DNA of 64,000 bases from Halomonas sp. UBA3074 (GCA_002366715.1 DFBS01000008.1:103282-167281); one strand, 5' to 3'. Counted from the stretch's first letter, positions 46,553-57,469 are shown. Made by a program: numbers and translations. Notes: a model not told the origin generated them from the letters alone.

Positions 46553-49500
46553 TTAAAAAAGTGCGCCCTTCACTTCCACCGAGCTCCCGTGCCGGCTCGC
46601 GCTCACCTCTATACGGACTGGCATTTGCTCTTTGAGCTCGCTGACATGGGAAATCACCCCAATCATGCGCCCACCCATTTGCAGTTCACTCAACATGTTA
46701 ATGGCTTGATCCAGAGCATCCTGATCGAGGCTACCAAACCCTTCATCGATAAATAGCGTATCCAGTTGAATACCGCCAGCGTAAGCCTGCACCACATCCG
46801 AAAGACCCAACGCTAGCGACAGCGCAGCCATGAAAGACTCCCCGCCGGAAAGCGTGGCTACCGAACGGTTCTTGCCAGTATAGGTGTCCGCTACATCCAG
46901 CTCGAGACCTGACGCTTTATTGCCTTTAGTGGGGTCCTCGCGGCGCACCAACTGATAACGCCCGCGGCTCATGCGTACTAGCCGTTCAGAAGCCTGAATC
47001 AGTACGTCATCCAGCAGCACGCCGAGCACGAAGCGTTGCAGGCTAATGCGATGCCCGGTGCGACCGTTAGCGACTTCGCTTAGTGTGCCCCACACCTGAT
47101 ACTGGGCTTCAAGTTCAGCCTGAGCCGTGTGAGCCTTGGCCAGTTTTTGGCGGATGCCATGCAACGTGGCTAAGCGTCCATCCAGCGTCCGCCACGCCTC
47201 TAGCTGGGAGTTTTCTTCCGCTTGGGCGGCCTCGGTTTGACTAGAAAGCGCAGCCAAATCGGGGGGCGTTTTTTCAGCCAGTTGAGCGTGGTAATTCTGC
47301 AGCGCCCCTTCTAATTCGGCCAAACGGCGCTGGTACGTGTCTACCTGTTGAATGAGCTCCTGACGCTGAGCGTCATCCAGTTGGGCTGCCTGAAAGGCGG
47401 CCTCATCCTCAAAGGGGCTGGCCTGAAGCGCTGACTGCCACTCTACTTGGGTCTGTTCAAGTGTTTGTTTAGCCTGCTCGACTCGCTCGCTGGCTCCCCT
47501 TACTTGCTCGTCTGCTCGTGCCAGTTGGGTTTGGCTGTTCGCCAGCGCCTGCTGAGCGCTTTCCCAGGCTTGTTCAATTTGGGTAACTTGGCGCTCGAGT
47601 TCCGTGAGCGTTTGTTGCATTGCGGCAGGATCACGAGCATCGTCAGGCAGCGACTGACTCAACTGATCGCGCTGGCTTTCTAGCCTTAACGCGTCCTCTT
47701 TGGCTTTTTCAACCGCAGGCCGCTGGGCTTTAAGCTGTTTATCCAGTGCGCCCCATTCACGCCTTAACGCATCACGGGCGGTGATTTGTTGGCTAATCTC
47801 GCGCTCAACGCTTGCCTGCCGAGAGACCTGGCGATGCAACTCATCGCAGGTTTTTTGTAGCTCATTCAGCGGTTGGCTAGCCCACTCGCCTAATTGCTGA
47901 TTGAGTCGCTGTACTTGCTCGCTGTGGTAGCTTATCTGCTGCGCTAGCTGTTGGTGATGGCGTTCAGCGCCCTGGAAAGATTGACGGGCCTGCGCCTGGG
48001 CTGAGCGTGCGTCTTCCACCTGCTCTTTGGTGACGATGTCTGCGTTATTAACGGCCGGGGCCGGATGCGCCAGGCTGCCGCAGACAGGGCAAGGGGCATC
48101 ATCCTCAAGAGTGAGCGCTAACAGCGCGGCCTGCCCTTGGTGCCACCGCATCTCCTGCTCAGTAGCGAAGCGTTCCGCCTGCTCTGACTCACTGCGCCGT
48201 TGATCTAGCGCTGCTGTTGCCTGCTGTTGTTGCGTGGTGAGCTCGCGTCCCTGATCGGTTAGCGCATCCAGCTCTTTACGTTGGGTTAGCAGCGTTTCAT
48301 AGCGATGTAGCTCAACAGGGGCGCTGGCCAGCTGCTGGCGTTCCGCCTGTAACCGTTCGAGGTTAACGCCTGCCGCTTCTCCCTGTTGGCGAATGGTGTC
48401 CAGTTGCGCCTCATCGCGCTTGAGGGCACCGTTAGCTTGTTGCCAAGCGGCCTGTGCCGTTTGGAATCGCGCCTGTAGTTCGCTTAATTGTTGGCCTTTG
48501 TGAATAAACTCGCTCAACTGGCGATGACGTTCACGCAGTTCAGGGAGCCCTGCCTGACGCTCGCGGGCCGCCTCAAATGCACGCTGCGCCTGCTCCGCGC
48601 TAGTGCGCTGGTTGCTCAGTGCGGCGTCTGCCTGCTGCTGTTCCGCGTGCGCGGTGCTTAGTGCCTGCTGCGCTTGGGTTAACGCCGTACGCTGGGGGCG
48701 CAACACCTGTGCGTGTTCACTTTGGGTCAAATGGTCCTGAATGCTGATGATCTGGCTTTGCTGTTCAAGATGGCGCGTTTTTTCATCCGCCAAGCTATCC
48801 CGCGCTTCAAACTGACGCTGAAGTGCCTGGGCATCATCGCGCTGTTTTTCGGCTTTACGTCGCTGCAGTTGGGCGGTTTCGAAGTCCTTTCGCGCTTGCT
48901 CAACCTGGGGCGTCAACGCTTCAAGCTCTTGCTCTAAAGCCGCTTCACTCTCCAGCTCACCACCGGCGAGAATGCCGCTGATATGTTGGCGATGCTCTTT
49001 CACTTCTCGTTCTATCTGATTGGCCTGAAGGCGCAAACGCTCTTCAATACGCTGAAATATTTGCGTTTGAAACAGCTGGGAAAAAATCTCCTCGCGCTTT
49101 TTGGAGTCAGCGATCAGCAATTCGCGAAACTTGCCTTGGGGCAGCACCATCACTTGGCGAAACTGGTTGGCATCCAGGCCTATCAAGGTTTGCAGCTCAG
49201 CGGTGGCATCGTTGACTTTGCGCGCCACCAAGCAGGTCTCTACCTCGCCATCCGCGTTTAAGCGCCATAGCTGCGCTTCCGCGTTATGGGTGGTGGTGCC
49301 TTCGCCACGTGCCTTGGGGCGCTCTTGCTGCGGCACGCGGCGTACCCGGTAATCCGCCCCGCGCAAGCGAAAATCAAGCGTAACTTCCGTTAGCAGCGTG
49401 GCGTTCGCTTGGTCGCAGCGCATCTGAGAAGGTTCACGCTCATTACCCGTCGTTTGGCCATAGAGCGCAAAACATAACGCATCCAGAATCGAACTTTTGC

Positions 49501-49618
49501 CCGCGCCTGTTGGGCCATTAATCAGAAATAGCGGGCTTCTTCCTAACGCAGTGAAATCGATGTTTTCTGTGTCTGCAAAGGGGCCGAACGCCTGCATGGT
49601 AAGGGTTAACGGCGTCAT
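46553..49618 (-). CDS. sbcC: exonuclease SbcC (SMC-like ATPase of the SbcCD nuclease)
   Basis: Walker A INGPTGAGKSS, long coiled coil with CPVCG zinc hook, signature LSGGESFMAALSLAL, Walker B LFIDEGFGSLD. Confidence 0.95.
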   Translation of the reverse strand: MTPLTLTMQAFGPFADTENIDFTALGRSPLFLINGPTGAGKSSILDALCFALYGQTTGNEREPSQMRCDQANATLLTEVTLDFRLRGADYRVRRVPQQERPKARGEGTTTHNAEAQLWRLNADGEVETCLVARKVNDATAELQTLIGLDANQFRQVMVLPQGKFRELLIADSKKREEIFSQLFQTQIFQRIEERLRLQANQIEREVKEHRQHISGILAGGELESEAALEQELEALTPQVEQARKDFETAQLQRRKAEKQRDDAQALQRQFEARDSLADEKTRHLEQQSQIISIQDHLTQSEHAQVLRPQRTALTQAQQALSTAHAEQQQADAALSNQRTSAEQAQRAFEAARERQAGLPELRERHRQLSEFIHKGQQLSELQARFQTAQAAWQQANGALKRDEAQLDTIRQQGEAAGVNLERLQAERQQLASAPVELHRYETLLTQRKELDALTDQGRELTTQQQQATAALDQRRSESEQAERFATEQEMRWHQGQAALLALTLEDDAPCPVCGSLAHPAPAVNNADIVTKEQVEDARSAQAQARQSFQGAERHHQQLAQQISYHSEQVQRLNQQLGEWASQPLNELQKTCDELHRQVSRQASVEREISQQITARDALRREWGALDKQLKAQRPAVEKAKEDALRLESQRDQLSQSLPDDARDPAAMQQTLTELERQVTQIEQAWESAQQALANSQTQLARADEQVRGASERVEQAKQTLEQTQVEWQSALQASPFEDEAAFQAAQLDDAQRQELIQQVDTYQRRLAELEGALQNYHAQLAEKTPPDLAALSSQTEAAQAEENSQLEAWRTLDGRLATLHGIRQKLAKAHTAQAELEAQYQVWGTLSEVANGRTGHRISLQRFVLGVLLDDVLIQASERLVRMSRGRYQLVRREDPTKGNKASGLELDVADTYTGKNRSVATLSGGESFMAALSLALGLSDVVQAYAGGIQLDTLFIDEGFGSLDQDALDQAINMLSELQMGGRMIGVISHVSELKEQMPVRIEVSASRHGSSVEVKGALF

Positions 49619-50760
49619 TCTTGGGCCTCATCGCGCTGCAGCTGGTTAATCAACTCGGCCATGGCGCTAGCCTGCTTATCGCTCATGGCATCACCGCTGG
49701 TCTGAGTAAAGAAGTCACTAAACATATCTAGGGCATCAAAGCGTAACTGCTCGCGGTCAAGTTGCTGAGTGCCTCGTGCTTCCAGCATGCCGGGCTTTTC
49801 CAGATGCAGCACATTGGGATACACCTCACGCAGCTTGCCCATAGGGTCGAGAATGGCGTGGCGATCGGTCAACCGCACTAGCAAGTAGTCATCTGCTTGT
49901 GCGTCCGTTCTTCCCTGGGCGATTAGCGTATCAATCTCACCCTCTAATACGCGCACTTCACGGCTGGGTATTAGCGGTATCTGTTCAATGTGCTTTATCC
50001 CGCTCGCGCCTACTTCCACCAGCGTGACGCCTTTGCTCTGACTGGCTTCTGAGAAGCTGTATTTGAGCAAGGAGCCGCTATAGCGAATATGCTCACCGCC
50101 GCGATACTGCGGGCCGTGCAGGTGGCCAAGCGCCACATAATCGAAGCCCTGCATAGGCTCCCAAGCCACGCTTTCGGCACCGCCTAACGTTAGCGGGCGC
50201 TCAGAATCAGACGCGCTGCCGCCATCTACAAAGCAGTGGCTCATTAGTAGGCAGGGGCGTGTTGCATGGCGGCGCTCGCTAATCTGCTCGACCAAATAGC
50301 GATGGGCGCCGTCAAAGTCGCGCACTTCCACGTTAAACAGGCTGCGCACATGCTCAGGGTCGGCGTAAGGAATGCCGAATACATCTACTTCGAGGCCGTC
50401 AATGGTCAGCGTAACCGGCGTGGCAAACTCAGCTAAATCGGAGAGAATATGCAGCCCGGCTTGGCGCAGGTGGCGCGCGCCAAAGCGCAACCGCTCGGCG
50501 CCATCATGGTTGCCTGAAATCATGATGACCGGCAGCTTGCGCACCTCGCATAGCGCATGCAGCACCTCATCGAGCAGCGTTACCGCCGCCGAAGGCGGCA
50601 CCGAACGGTCGTAGATATCGCCCGCAATCAGCACCGCATCGACGTTTTCCCGGTCAATTATTTCGATGAGCTGGTTAAGCACATGGCGCTGGTCTTCCAG
50701 CAACGAAAGGTTGTGAAATAGCCGACCCAGGTGCCAATCAGCGGTGTGGAGTAAACGCAT
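49615..50760 (-). CDS. sbcD: exonuclease SbcD (Mre11-type phosphoesterase)
   Basis: MRLLHTADWHLG, AGDIYD, GNHD, GHLH. 4-nt overlap with sbcC. Confidence 0.95.
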   Translation of the reverse strand: MRLLHTADWHLGRLFHNLSLLEDQRHVLNQLIEIIDRENVDAVLIAGDIYDRSVPPSAAVTLLDEVLHALCEVRKLPVIMISGNHDGAERLRFGARHLRQAGLHILSDLAEFATPVTLTIDGLEVDVFGIPYADPEHVRSLFNVEVRDFDGAHRYLVEQISERRHATRPCLLMSHCFVDGGSASDSERPLTLGGAESVAWEPMQGFDYVALGHLHGPQYRGGEHIRYSGSLLKYSFSEASQSKGVTLVEVGASGIKHIEQIPLIPSREVRVLEGEIDTLIAQGRTDAQADDYLLVRLTDRHAILDPMGKLREVYPNVLHLEKPGMLEARGTQQLDREQLRFDALDMFSDFFTQTSGDAMSDKQASAMAELINQLQRDEAQE

Positions 50761-50849
50761 AACAAGCTCAACAGCCAATAGTGTCGCGGCATCATAGCAA
50801 CCTATTGGCGCTGCGTTTAGCGCTAGCGTTGAGCTTATAGAAAATGTCG

Positions 50850-51671
50850 TTACGGCGTTCTGGGGAGCTGGCGTTTATGGTCGGTGCGTTGATAAGTGCG
50901 GGTGATGGTGGTGTAGGCCTGCTCGCTCACCGCTTGCCCGGTAAGAAAGGCATCAATCTCGGCGTAGCTGACCCCTAGCGCTTCCTCATCAGCCAGTTGC
51001 GGTTTAAGTGATTCCAAATCAGCCGTGGGCTGCTTTTCTACCAGCGCGGGGGACGCACCTAACGCTGCACCGACTTCTCTTACCTGGCTTTTGGTGAGCC
51101 CGGTCAGCGGCACCAAGTCACAAGCGCCATCACCGTATTTGGTGAAAAAGCCCATCAGTGCCTCTGCGGCTTGATCGGTGCCCACCACTAAACCTGACTT
51201 GGCACCAGCGGTGGCATACTGCGCCACCATGCGTTGGCGCGCTTTAATATTCCCCAATACAAAATCGCGTTGCGCCGCATCTTGAAACGTTAGGCCGCCC
51301 TCTTCCAGGGAAGAGAGTAAAGCGTCACTGGCGGGTTTGACATTGATAGTCAGCACTTCATCGGGGGTAATAAACGTCAGGGCCTGCTGCGCATCATCTT
51401 CATCTTTCTGCTCGCCGTAAGGCAGCCGGATGGCATAAAAGCGTGCCTCAACCCCCTTTTCGCGGGCCTTTTCGACGGCCAATTGGGCTAAACGTCCAGC
51501 AACGGTGGAGTCCACCCCGCCGCTAATCCCCAACACAAGCGCGTGCTGTCCTGTCTCTATCATCTGACTGCATAGAAATTCGACGCGCGCCTCAATTTCA
51601 TACTGCGGCTCAATCGATGCTTTTACCTGCAAATCTGCCTGGATACGCTGCTGAGTTACTTGGTTAGTCAT
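50850..51671 (-). CDS. nadE: ammonia-dependent NAD+ synthetase
   Basis: PP-loop GISGGVDST; [10 protein letters not shown]. Start at ATG 51671 (GGAGGCAGGAAG upstream); the track's extension to 51758 overlaps the upstream gene. Confidence 0.9.
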   Translation of the reverse strand: MTNQVTQQRIQADLQVKASIEPQYEIEARVEFLCSQMIETGQHALVLGISGGVDSTVAGRLAQLAVEKAREKGVEARFYAIRLPYGEQKDEDDAQQALTFITPDEVLTINVKPASDALLSSLEEGGLTFQDAAQRDFVLGNIKARQRMVAQYATAGAKSGLVVGTDQAAEALMGFFTKYGDGACDLVPLTGLTKSQVREVGAALGASPALVEKQPTADLESLKPQLADEEALGVSYAEIDAFLTGQAVSEQAYTTITRTYQRTDHKRQLPRTP

Positions 51672-51711
51672 GGGGCTTCCTGCCTCCCGGTTATGGATAG
51701 AGATTTCATCA

Positions 51712-52227
51712 TTAAGATTCATCAACGCGGGGCGCTTTGCCTGCCAATACATCACCATGATGCTTTGGCAGCATTTCTAGCGCATAGTGCGCAGCGGCAA
51801 GACGTACCTCATTACGATCACCTGAAAAGCGTTTCGTCTCCACTACCATGTATACCTCTTGGGCATGTCGAAACGCCCAGGCAAAGCAAACGGTTCCCAC
51901 CGGTATATCATCATGGGGCTCTGGGCCCGCAATACCGGTGTTCGCTATGGCAACATTGGCATCGTTATTGTTTAAAGCGCCTAACGCCATTTCGCGTGAG
52001 GTGACTTCGCTAGTCAGGCCATACGTATCGATGGTGTCAAAACTGACGGCTAAATAGCGATTTTTGGCCTCGGGTGAATAAACAGCCAATCCACAATCGA
52101 TCGATTGTCCGCTACCCGGTATGCCCGCTAGCTCTGAAACAATTAACCCCGCTGTGCACGATTCAGCCGTGGCCATTTTGAGTTCGTGCTTTTTTAGATA
52201 CTCGCTAATCTTTTCAAGCAGTTCCAT
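51712..52227 (-). CDS. pncC: CinA-family nicotinamide-nucleotide amidohydrolase (PncC, C-terminal domain type)
   Basis: ATAESCTAGL, GLTSEVTSREMA, IANTGIAGP; sits directly upstream of nadE. Confidence 0.85.
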   Translation of the reverse strand: MELLEKISEYLKKHELKMATAESCTAGLIVSELAGIPGSGQSIDCGLAVYSPEAKNRYLAVSFDTIDTYGLTSEVTSREMALGALNNNDANVAIANTGIAGPEPHDDIPVGTVCFAWAFRHAQEVYMVVETKRFSGDRNEVRLAAAHYALEMLPKHHGDVLAGKAPRVDES

Positions 52228-52365
52228 TGCTTATCTCCTTATAACATCATACCTCTGACTCCATTTACACCTTTGAAGCACTATAGTTAAGCACCGTTAT
52301 TTGTCTAAAGCCTGTCGCCATTATTAACATTGTTTATGTGCGTGAATTAACGTCAAAACAGCTAT

Positions 52366-52391
52366 AAAAAAGCCCCGTCCGAAGGCGAGGC
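52366..52391 (-). terminator. rho-independent terminator after the DASS transporter gene
   Basis: Minus strand: GCCTCGCC-TTCG-GACGGGGC (imperfect stem) followed by TTTTTT. Confidence 0.6.
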
Positions 52392-52413
52392 TGTGATTTG
52401 CTAATGGGTTATA

Positions 52414-54063
52414 TTAGCGCCGAAATGCATCGGGATAGTTGGTTAGATCCACGTTCCATAACACCGGCAACAAGAAATAAACCGCCGCGACGATGAGTAG
52501 CATGGCAATAATGTTGATCCAAAAGCCTGTGCGCACCATCTCAATGATTTTGAGTTTACCAGTGGCGAAAATAATCGCGTTAGGCGGCGTACCCACCGGG
52601 AGCATAAAGGCACAATTGGCGGCCATGGCGGCGGGCACCATCAGTACAAAGGGATGAATATCCAGCGCCAGCGCCAACGACGCTAGCACCGGCAGAATCA
52701 TCGTGGCCGTGGCGGTATTTGAGGTGATTTCAGTTAAGAACAACACCATACCGGTCGCTATGAGAATAACCAGCAAGAAGTTAACGCCTTCCAACACGCT
52801 CATTTGCCCACCGATCCACTCGGCCAGGCCCGAAGAGCCAAACCCTGCGGCAATCGCTAAACCACCGCCGAACAGTAACAAAATGCCCCAGGGCACATCT
52901 TTGGCAATATCCCAACCCAACAGGCAGCCGCCTTTATTTTTGGAAGGGATCAAAAACAGCAGCAGGGCCGCGACCACCGCGATCATGGTGTCATTGATGC
53001 CGGGGATATTAATGATCTGGCCTTGCCATAAAAATGAGCGGGTAATCCACATAAAGGCCGCAAACAGAAAGACCACCAACACCGCTTTCTCTTCAAAGCT
53101 GGTTTTACCCAGGGCCTCTTTTTCTTTGTGAATAAGCTCCCGCCCACCCGGCAAGTGACTAAATTCAATCCTGAAAAATACCCGTGTCAGTAGCAGCCAC
53201 GCGCTAAACAGCAGCACCAGCACGACAGGGAAAGCAAACATTAACCAGCCAGCAAAAGAGATTTCGATACCAAACAGCTCATTAACAATCGCCGCCAGGA
53301 TAATGTTCGGTGGCGTGCCAATCAGCGTGCCGAGGCCACCAATGGTACCGCCGTAGCCAATACCAAAAATCAAAGCCTTACTGAATTTTTCGATTTCGTC
53401 ACTGTGGTCCCCATCACTTTTTTCAAGTTCCTGGCTAACCTGGTAAACAATCGCGGTACCGATAGGCAGCATCATCATCACCGACGCTGTATTAGATACC
53501 CACATCGATAAAAAGCCGGTCGCGGCCATAAAGCCGAACACAATGCTATTAATACTGGTGCCCAATACGGCAATAATCGACAGGGCGATACGCTTGTGCA
53601 AATCCCACTTTTCCATCGCCAAGGCGATCATAAAACCGCCCAGAAACAGGAAAATAATCGGGTTGCCGTACGCCGCCGTTACCGTATTGCCATCCAGTGC
53701 GCCGGTAATGGGTAATAGTACAATGGGCAGTAGCGAGGTAGCAGGAATGGGGATAGCTTCGGTGATCCACCACACCGCCACCCACAACGTAGTGGCCAAC
53801 ACCATACGCCCTTCAAAGCTTAAATCTTCAGGGTGAAAGAACATCACCACAAAAGCGAACAGCAGCGGTCCAAGCAGCAATCCAATTTTCTGTGGGTTGG
53901 TATAGGCAGGTGGCTTAGGTTGATGAGATGGCTCGCGCTTGGCACTGGAAGCCGCCGCCTTCGCGGCACCGCCCGTGGGCAGCGCGCACATCAAGAGTTT
54001 TTTGGCTTGGTAGTGGGAGTGCCATAGCTGATCCCATACCGTCATCAGGGCTGTTTTATGCAT
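52414..54063 (-). CDS. DASS/SLC13 family sodium-coupled anion (di/tricarboxylate or sulfate) symporter
   Basis: WWITEAIPIPATSLLP, SNTATATMILP and PVGTPPNAI hairpin motifs. The start codon is uncertain (54063, 54045 or 53991). Confidence 0.85.
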   Translation of the reverse strand: MHKTALMTVWDQLWHSHYQAKKLLMCALPTGGAAKAAASSAKREPSHQPKPPAYTNPQKIGLLLGPLLFAFVVMFFHPEDLSFEGRMVLATTLWVAVWWITEAIPIPATSLLPIVLLPITGALDGNTVTAAYGNPIIFLFLGGFMIALAMEKWDLHKRIALSIIAVLGTSINSIVFGFMAATGFLSMWVSNTASVMMMLPIGTAIVYQVSQELEKSDGDHSDEIEKFSKALIFGIGYGGTIGGLGTLIGTPPNIILAAIVNELFGIEISFAGWLMFAFPVVLVLLFSAWLLLTRVFFRIEFSHLPGGRELIHKEKEALGKTSFEEKAVLVVFLFAAFMWITRSFLWQGQIINIPGINDTMIAVVAALLLFLIPSKNKGGCLLGWDIAKDVPWGILLLFGGGLAIAAGFGSSGLAEWIGGQMSVLEGVNFLLVILIATGMVLFLTEITSNTATATMILPVLASLALALDIHPFVLMVPAAMAANCAFMLPVGTPPNAIIFATGKLKIIEMVRTGFWINIIAMLLIVAAVYFLLPVLWNVDLTNYPDAFRR

Positions 54064-54359
54064 ACAGTAAGCGCCACTTGCGGTCAGAAATAGAGAGTGA
54101 GATTAAGCAACAGCTTGTGGGCAAATAAGCCACCAAGAGGGGAATTCTGAAGCTGCCTTGGCGCCCTTTATTAACTGCAATAGACAATTAGTCCAGTGTT
54201 TTGCCCACAATTACAACCAAAGTCTAACGACCTTAGTTTAATCATTAGCAATTACTAACGACGCTATAGCGCTAGGGCTAACCTATGTGACGGCTAATCG
54301 TCCGTACACAATATTCCCCATAACTCACAACATGCCCGATAACCGCCAAGGAGAAACGC

Positions 54360-54983
54360 GTGCTTGACCGCTTTACAATGCCGCTGACCCATCGCCCGTT
54401 GCAACGCCTCGCTACACCGTTGCATCGACACCACATCACACCCGATCAAGTGACGTTCACCGCGTTTTTGATCGGCATTACCGCGCTACCGCTACTGGCT
54501 TACGAACAGTATGGTTGGGCGCTGCTGGCGATTGTGCTTAACCGACTGGGTGATGGCGTTGACGGTGCGCTAGCGCGCCTTAGTGGCCACGCTAGTGATG
54601 CCGGCGGGTTTCTCGACATTGGGCTCGATTTTGTTTTTTACGCTGCCGTGGTGCTTGGGTTTGCGCTGGCCGACCCTACTCAAAATGCGCTGGTAGCCGC
54701 CTTATTACTGTTTGCGTTTATTGGCACCGGTACTTCATTTCTAGCCTTTGCGATTGCCGCCAAGCAGCAGGCAATTGAGCGCCCGCACTTTCCGAATAAA
54801 GCGTTTTACTATTTAGAAGGTTTAACCGAAGGCACCGAAACCGTGGCGGCCCTGGTGATTTTTTGTCTTTTCCCTGCGTACTTTCCAACGCTTGCGACGC
54901 TGTTCGCCATTGCTTGTCTTATCACCACCGCCACCAGATTATGGGGTGGCTACTGGACGCTGCGTCAGCATAATGGTCACTAG
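54360..54983 (+). CDS. CDP-alcohol phosphatidyltransferase family protein
   Basis: Motif DGVDGALAR-x8-G-x3-D-x3-D (GDGVDGALARLSGHASDAGGFLDIGLDFVFY). GTG start with AAGGAG upstream. Confidence 0.8.
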   Translation: MLDRFTMPLTHRPLQRLATPLHRHHITPDQVTFTAFLIGITALPLLAYEQYGWALLAIVLNRLGDGVDGALARLSGHASDAGGFLDIGLDFVFYAAVVLGFALADPTQNALVAALLLFAFIGTGTSFLAFAIAAKQQAIERPHFPNKAFYYLEGLTEGTETVAALVIFCLFPAYFPTLATLFAIACLITTATRLWGGYWTLRQHNGH

Positions 54984-55123
54984 TTTGTCATGGAATGTTT
55001 TTGCATTTGCGTCCCATTCATGCGTATATTAGGATCGTTGTCGTACAATACACGTACAACATAAATTCAGGCGGTTACGCCATGATAACCGCCGTTCCAT
55101 TCGCATTCACACGGAGCCGTGAT

Positions 55124-55441
55124 ATGCACAGTGAAACGCTAAGCGAACTTTCCCAAGCGGGTCTTCACATCGCCATTCAAGATATCAAGGATGACTTGTT
55201 CGACACCCCGGATTGCGACTACGCCATTGCTCAACTGCTTAGCCAGTGGGGTCTGGATGAGAAAGCCGAGCAAATGCTCGATGAAATGCTGCTGAAATGG
55301 GGCACCTCTCCAGAAGTACTCGCCCTCACCCAGCGTGGCTATGCGGAAATGAAGGGATCTGATCTTTTTGCTGATAACGACGAACCTATCATTCAGCCGC
55401 CCAAAACAACCCCCGCCAACCTACATATTGTGGCGGCGTAA
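55124..55441 (+). CDS. hypothetical acidic protein (105 aa)
   Basis: GGAG lies 7 nt upstream of ATG 55124, inside the track ORF that begins at 54995. No domain recognised. Confidence 0.45.
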   Translation: MHSETLSELSQAGLHIAIQDIKDDLFDTPDCDYAIAQLLSQWGLDEKAEQMLDEMLLKWGTSPEVLALTQRGYAEMKGSDLFADNDEPIIQPPKTTPANLHIVAA

Positions 55442-55518
55442 CTGATTCACTGCACTTCTCGTAGTAGCGTCTTTTCTGCTAAGAGAGTGGTTTATACTAC
55501 TGGTAACGTTTTTATCGG

Positions 55519-55552
55519 TGCCCCTGGCCGCTTAGGCGTCAGGGGCATTTTT
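55519..55552 (+). terminator. rho-independent terminator
   Basis: Stem TGCCCCTG / CAGGGGCA with a 13-nt loop, followed by TTTTT. Confidence 0.6.
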
Positions 55553-55571
55553 GATGGTCTTGCGGCGGCTG

Positions 55572-55901
55572 TTAATCCAAATGATCGAGCGTGACGATGA
55601 TGTCCTGAGTCGAGACATCCACGTTCCAAAAGGTGTAGCTGTCGTTATCTTCATCGACAAGGCGGATATCAAAGTAAGGGTTGGTATAACCCGTCAAGGT
55701 AACCCGCTGGGTATCCCCGTTCACCAACACATTGCTGCCTAGCACATCCTCTTCCCAACTTTTTGAGTTCCCTGGGCTCACGTACATGTAATAGATGGTG
55801 TAGCCAGTCCGGTTAGTAATATCCACATAATAGTCTGCTGCGGCCACCAGCGATGACGCCATGAGAGCCACCAGCGCAACCAACACCATTTTGATACGCA
55901 T
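55572..55901 (-). CDS. exported hypothetical protein (109 aa)
   Basis: Signal peptide MRIKMVLVALVALMASSLVAAA. AAGGA lies 8 nt upstream of ATG 55901. Confidence 0.55.
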   Translation of the reverse strand: MRIKMVLVALVALMASSLVAAADYYVDITNRTGYTIYYMYVSPGNSKSWEEDVLGSNVLVNGDTQRVTLTGYTNPYFDIRLVDEDNDSYTFWNVDVSTQDIIVTLDHLD

Positions 55902-56067
55902 TGGATGTTTCCTTTTTTTCGTTTTTCTTTTGGGAAAGCGGTCAAACGGTAGAGCCACTTACCGACGCAACGCCACCAAGGGGCGATGACCATCACCGCC
56001 ACTTATAAAATATAATCGGTTATGGGCACCCAGCATACCGGCCGAGTCAGATTAAGCGCTTTTTTCT

Positions 56068-57372
56068 TCAGCCTTTTGATGACGTTAAGATACTTCTTAA
56101 GCGCTCACGTTCGTGCTCTTCATAGAAACTAGGGTCATCGAAAAGATCGCCTTGGGTATCATCGAAGATCAATTCCAGCACTTCTGCACTACTTTGCACC
56201 ATCGGCTCGAAGTGCGCGGTGTGGGTGACCAGTGCGGTGACACGGCGGCGGCGGTAAATGGCATACATGCCCAGTAGTGCAAATACGCAAGCAATGTAAA
56301 CCGGTAGGCCTTGGCTTCCGACTGCCGTCATCAAGGAGCCTGCTGCAATGGGCGCCACCGCACAGCCAGCGCCATGCATCACCAACATGTCCGCGGAGCC
56401 TGCGACAATCTCATCGGGGTGAAGCTGATCGATTAACTGCGCTACCGCCAGTGGGTAGAGTGAAAACGCCAAGCCACCCCAAAGAAAGTAGAGGCCTAAC
56501 AGCGCTTCATGCGTGGGCGCAAACGGCATGCACGCAGCGATCAGCGCGGCTAACAGCACGACCCAGGTCATTACCCGAGGGCGGTCATGCTTATCGGAAA
56601 AGCGGCCAATCGGTATTTGCAGCAATGCCCCGCCAATAATCGCCACGCTCATCACTAGCCCCACACCGCCGATATCGAACCCTAACTGGGTGGCGTACAC
56701 CGGGGTCATCGACCAAAACGCGCCCATCGCCAGCCCCGATAACGCAGCAGAGGCCACCGCCAAGGGCGCAAAGCCTAGCAGCGAGCGCAGGCTACTTTTA
56801 GACCGCTCGGACATCTTCGGCTGCACGCGTCGTGTCAGCGTAATGGGCAACAGTGCCCAACTAATCAAGATGGCAATGATGACAAAAAGCAAAAAGCCTT
56901 GTGGCGAGGAGAGCCGCAGCAGCTGCTGTGCGGTGGCTACAGCACCCAGATTGACCACCATATAAACGGCGAAAATACGCCCCCGCTCGTGGCTGGCTGC
57001 TTGGCTGTTCAACCAGCTCTCGATCACGGTGATGAGGGTAATGAACGAAAGCCCGTACACCATCCGTAAGGGCAACCATACCCACGGGTTGATAAAGACC
57101 AGATGCAGCAGCGCCACCGAGGCGCACAGAGAAGCGCAAAAACCAAAGGTGCGAATATGCCCCATGCGTCTGATCAGGCGACCACTGACCCAGGTGCCGC
57201 CAATAAAGCCGACAAAGTAGCCGGACATAATCATCCCCAACACGGCGCTGGAGAACCCCTCCTCCGTGCCCCGCAGTGTCAGTAACGTGTTAAGCAGCCC
57301 ATTGCCTAGCAGCAGTAGCGCCACGCTATACAGGATTGATTTAACCGGTTTTAGCATTGCCAATGATCGCAT
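56068..57372 (-). CDS. MFS transporter
   Basis: Twelve TM segments and an MFS loop motif G.L..R.G (SGRLIRRMGHIR). Start at ATG 57372 with GAGGA 6 nt upstream. Confidence 0.85.
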   Translation of the reverse strand: MRSLAMLKPVKSILYSVALLLLGNGLLNTLLTLRGTEEGFSSAVLGMIMSGYFVGFIGGTWVSGRLIRRMGHIRTFGFCASLCASVALLHLVFINPWVWLPLRMVYGLSFITLITVIESWLNSQAASHERGRIFAVYMVVNLGAVATAQQLLRLSSPQGFLLFVIIAILISWALLPITLTRRVQPKMSERSKSSLRSLLGFAPLAVASAALSGLAMGAFWSMTPVYATQLGFDIGGVGLVMSVAIIGGALLQIPIGRFSDKHDRPRVMTWVVLLAALIAACMPFAPTHEALLGLYFLWGGLAFSLYPLAVAQLIDQLHPDEIVAGSADMLVMHGAGCAVAPIAAGSLMTAVGSQGLPVYIACVFALLGMYAIYRRRRVTALVTHTAHFEPMVQSSAEVLELIFDDTQGDLFDDPSFYEEHERERLRSILTSSKG

Positions 57373-57469
57373 TGCGTGTCCTCGCAGCAGATTACCTAAG
57401 GGTAATGCATTAAGCAGATGCATAAAGAGTGCCAGCGAATGCTCACGCAGTTTTCGTTGACAGGCTAAC

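Noticed and set aside
46553-50760. SbcCD considered as part of a defence or novel nuclease system.
   Set aside because: This is canonical sbcDC with all standard motifs and a 4-nt overlap. There are no accessory genes, and the flanking genes are housekeeping (nadE/pncC, pgpA).
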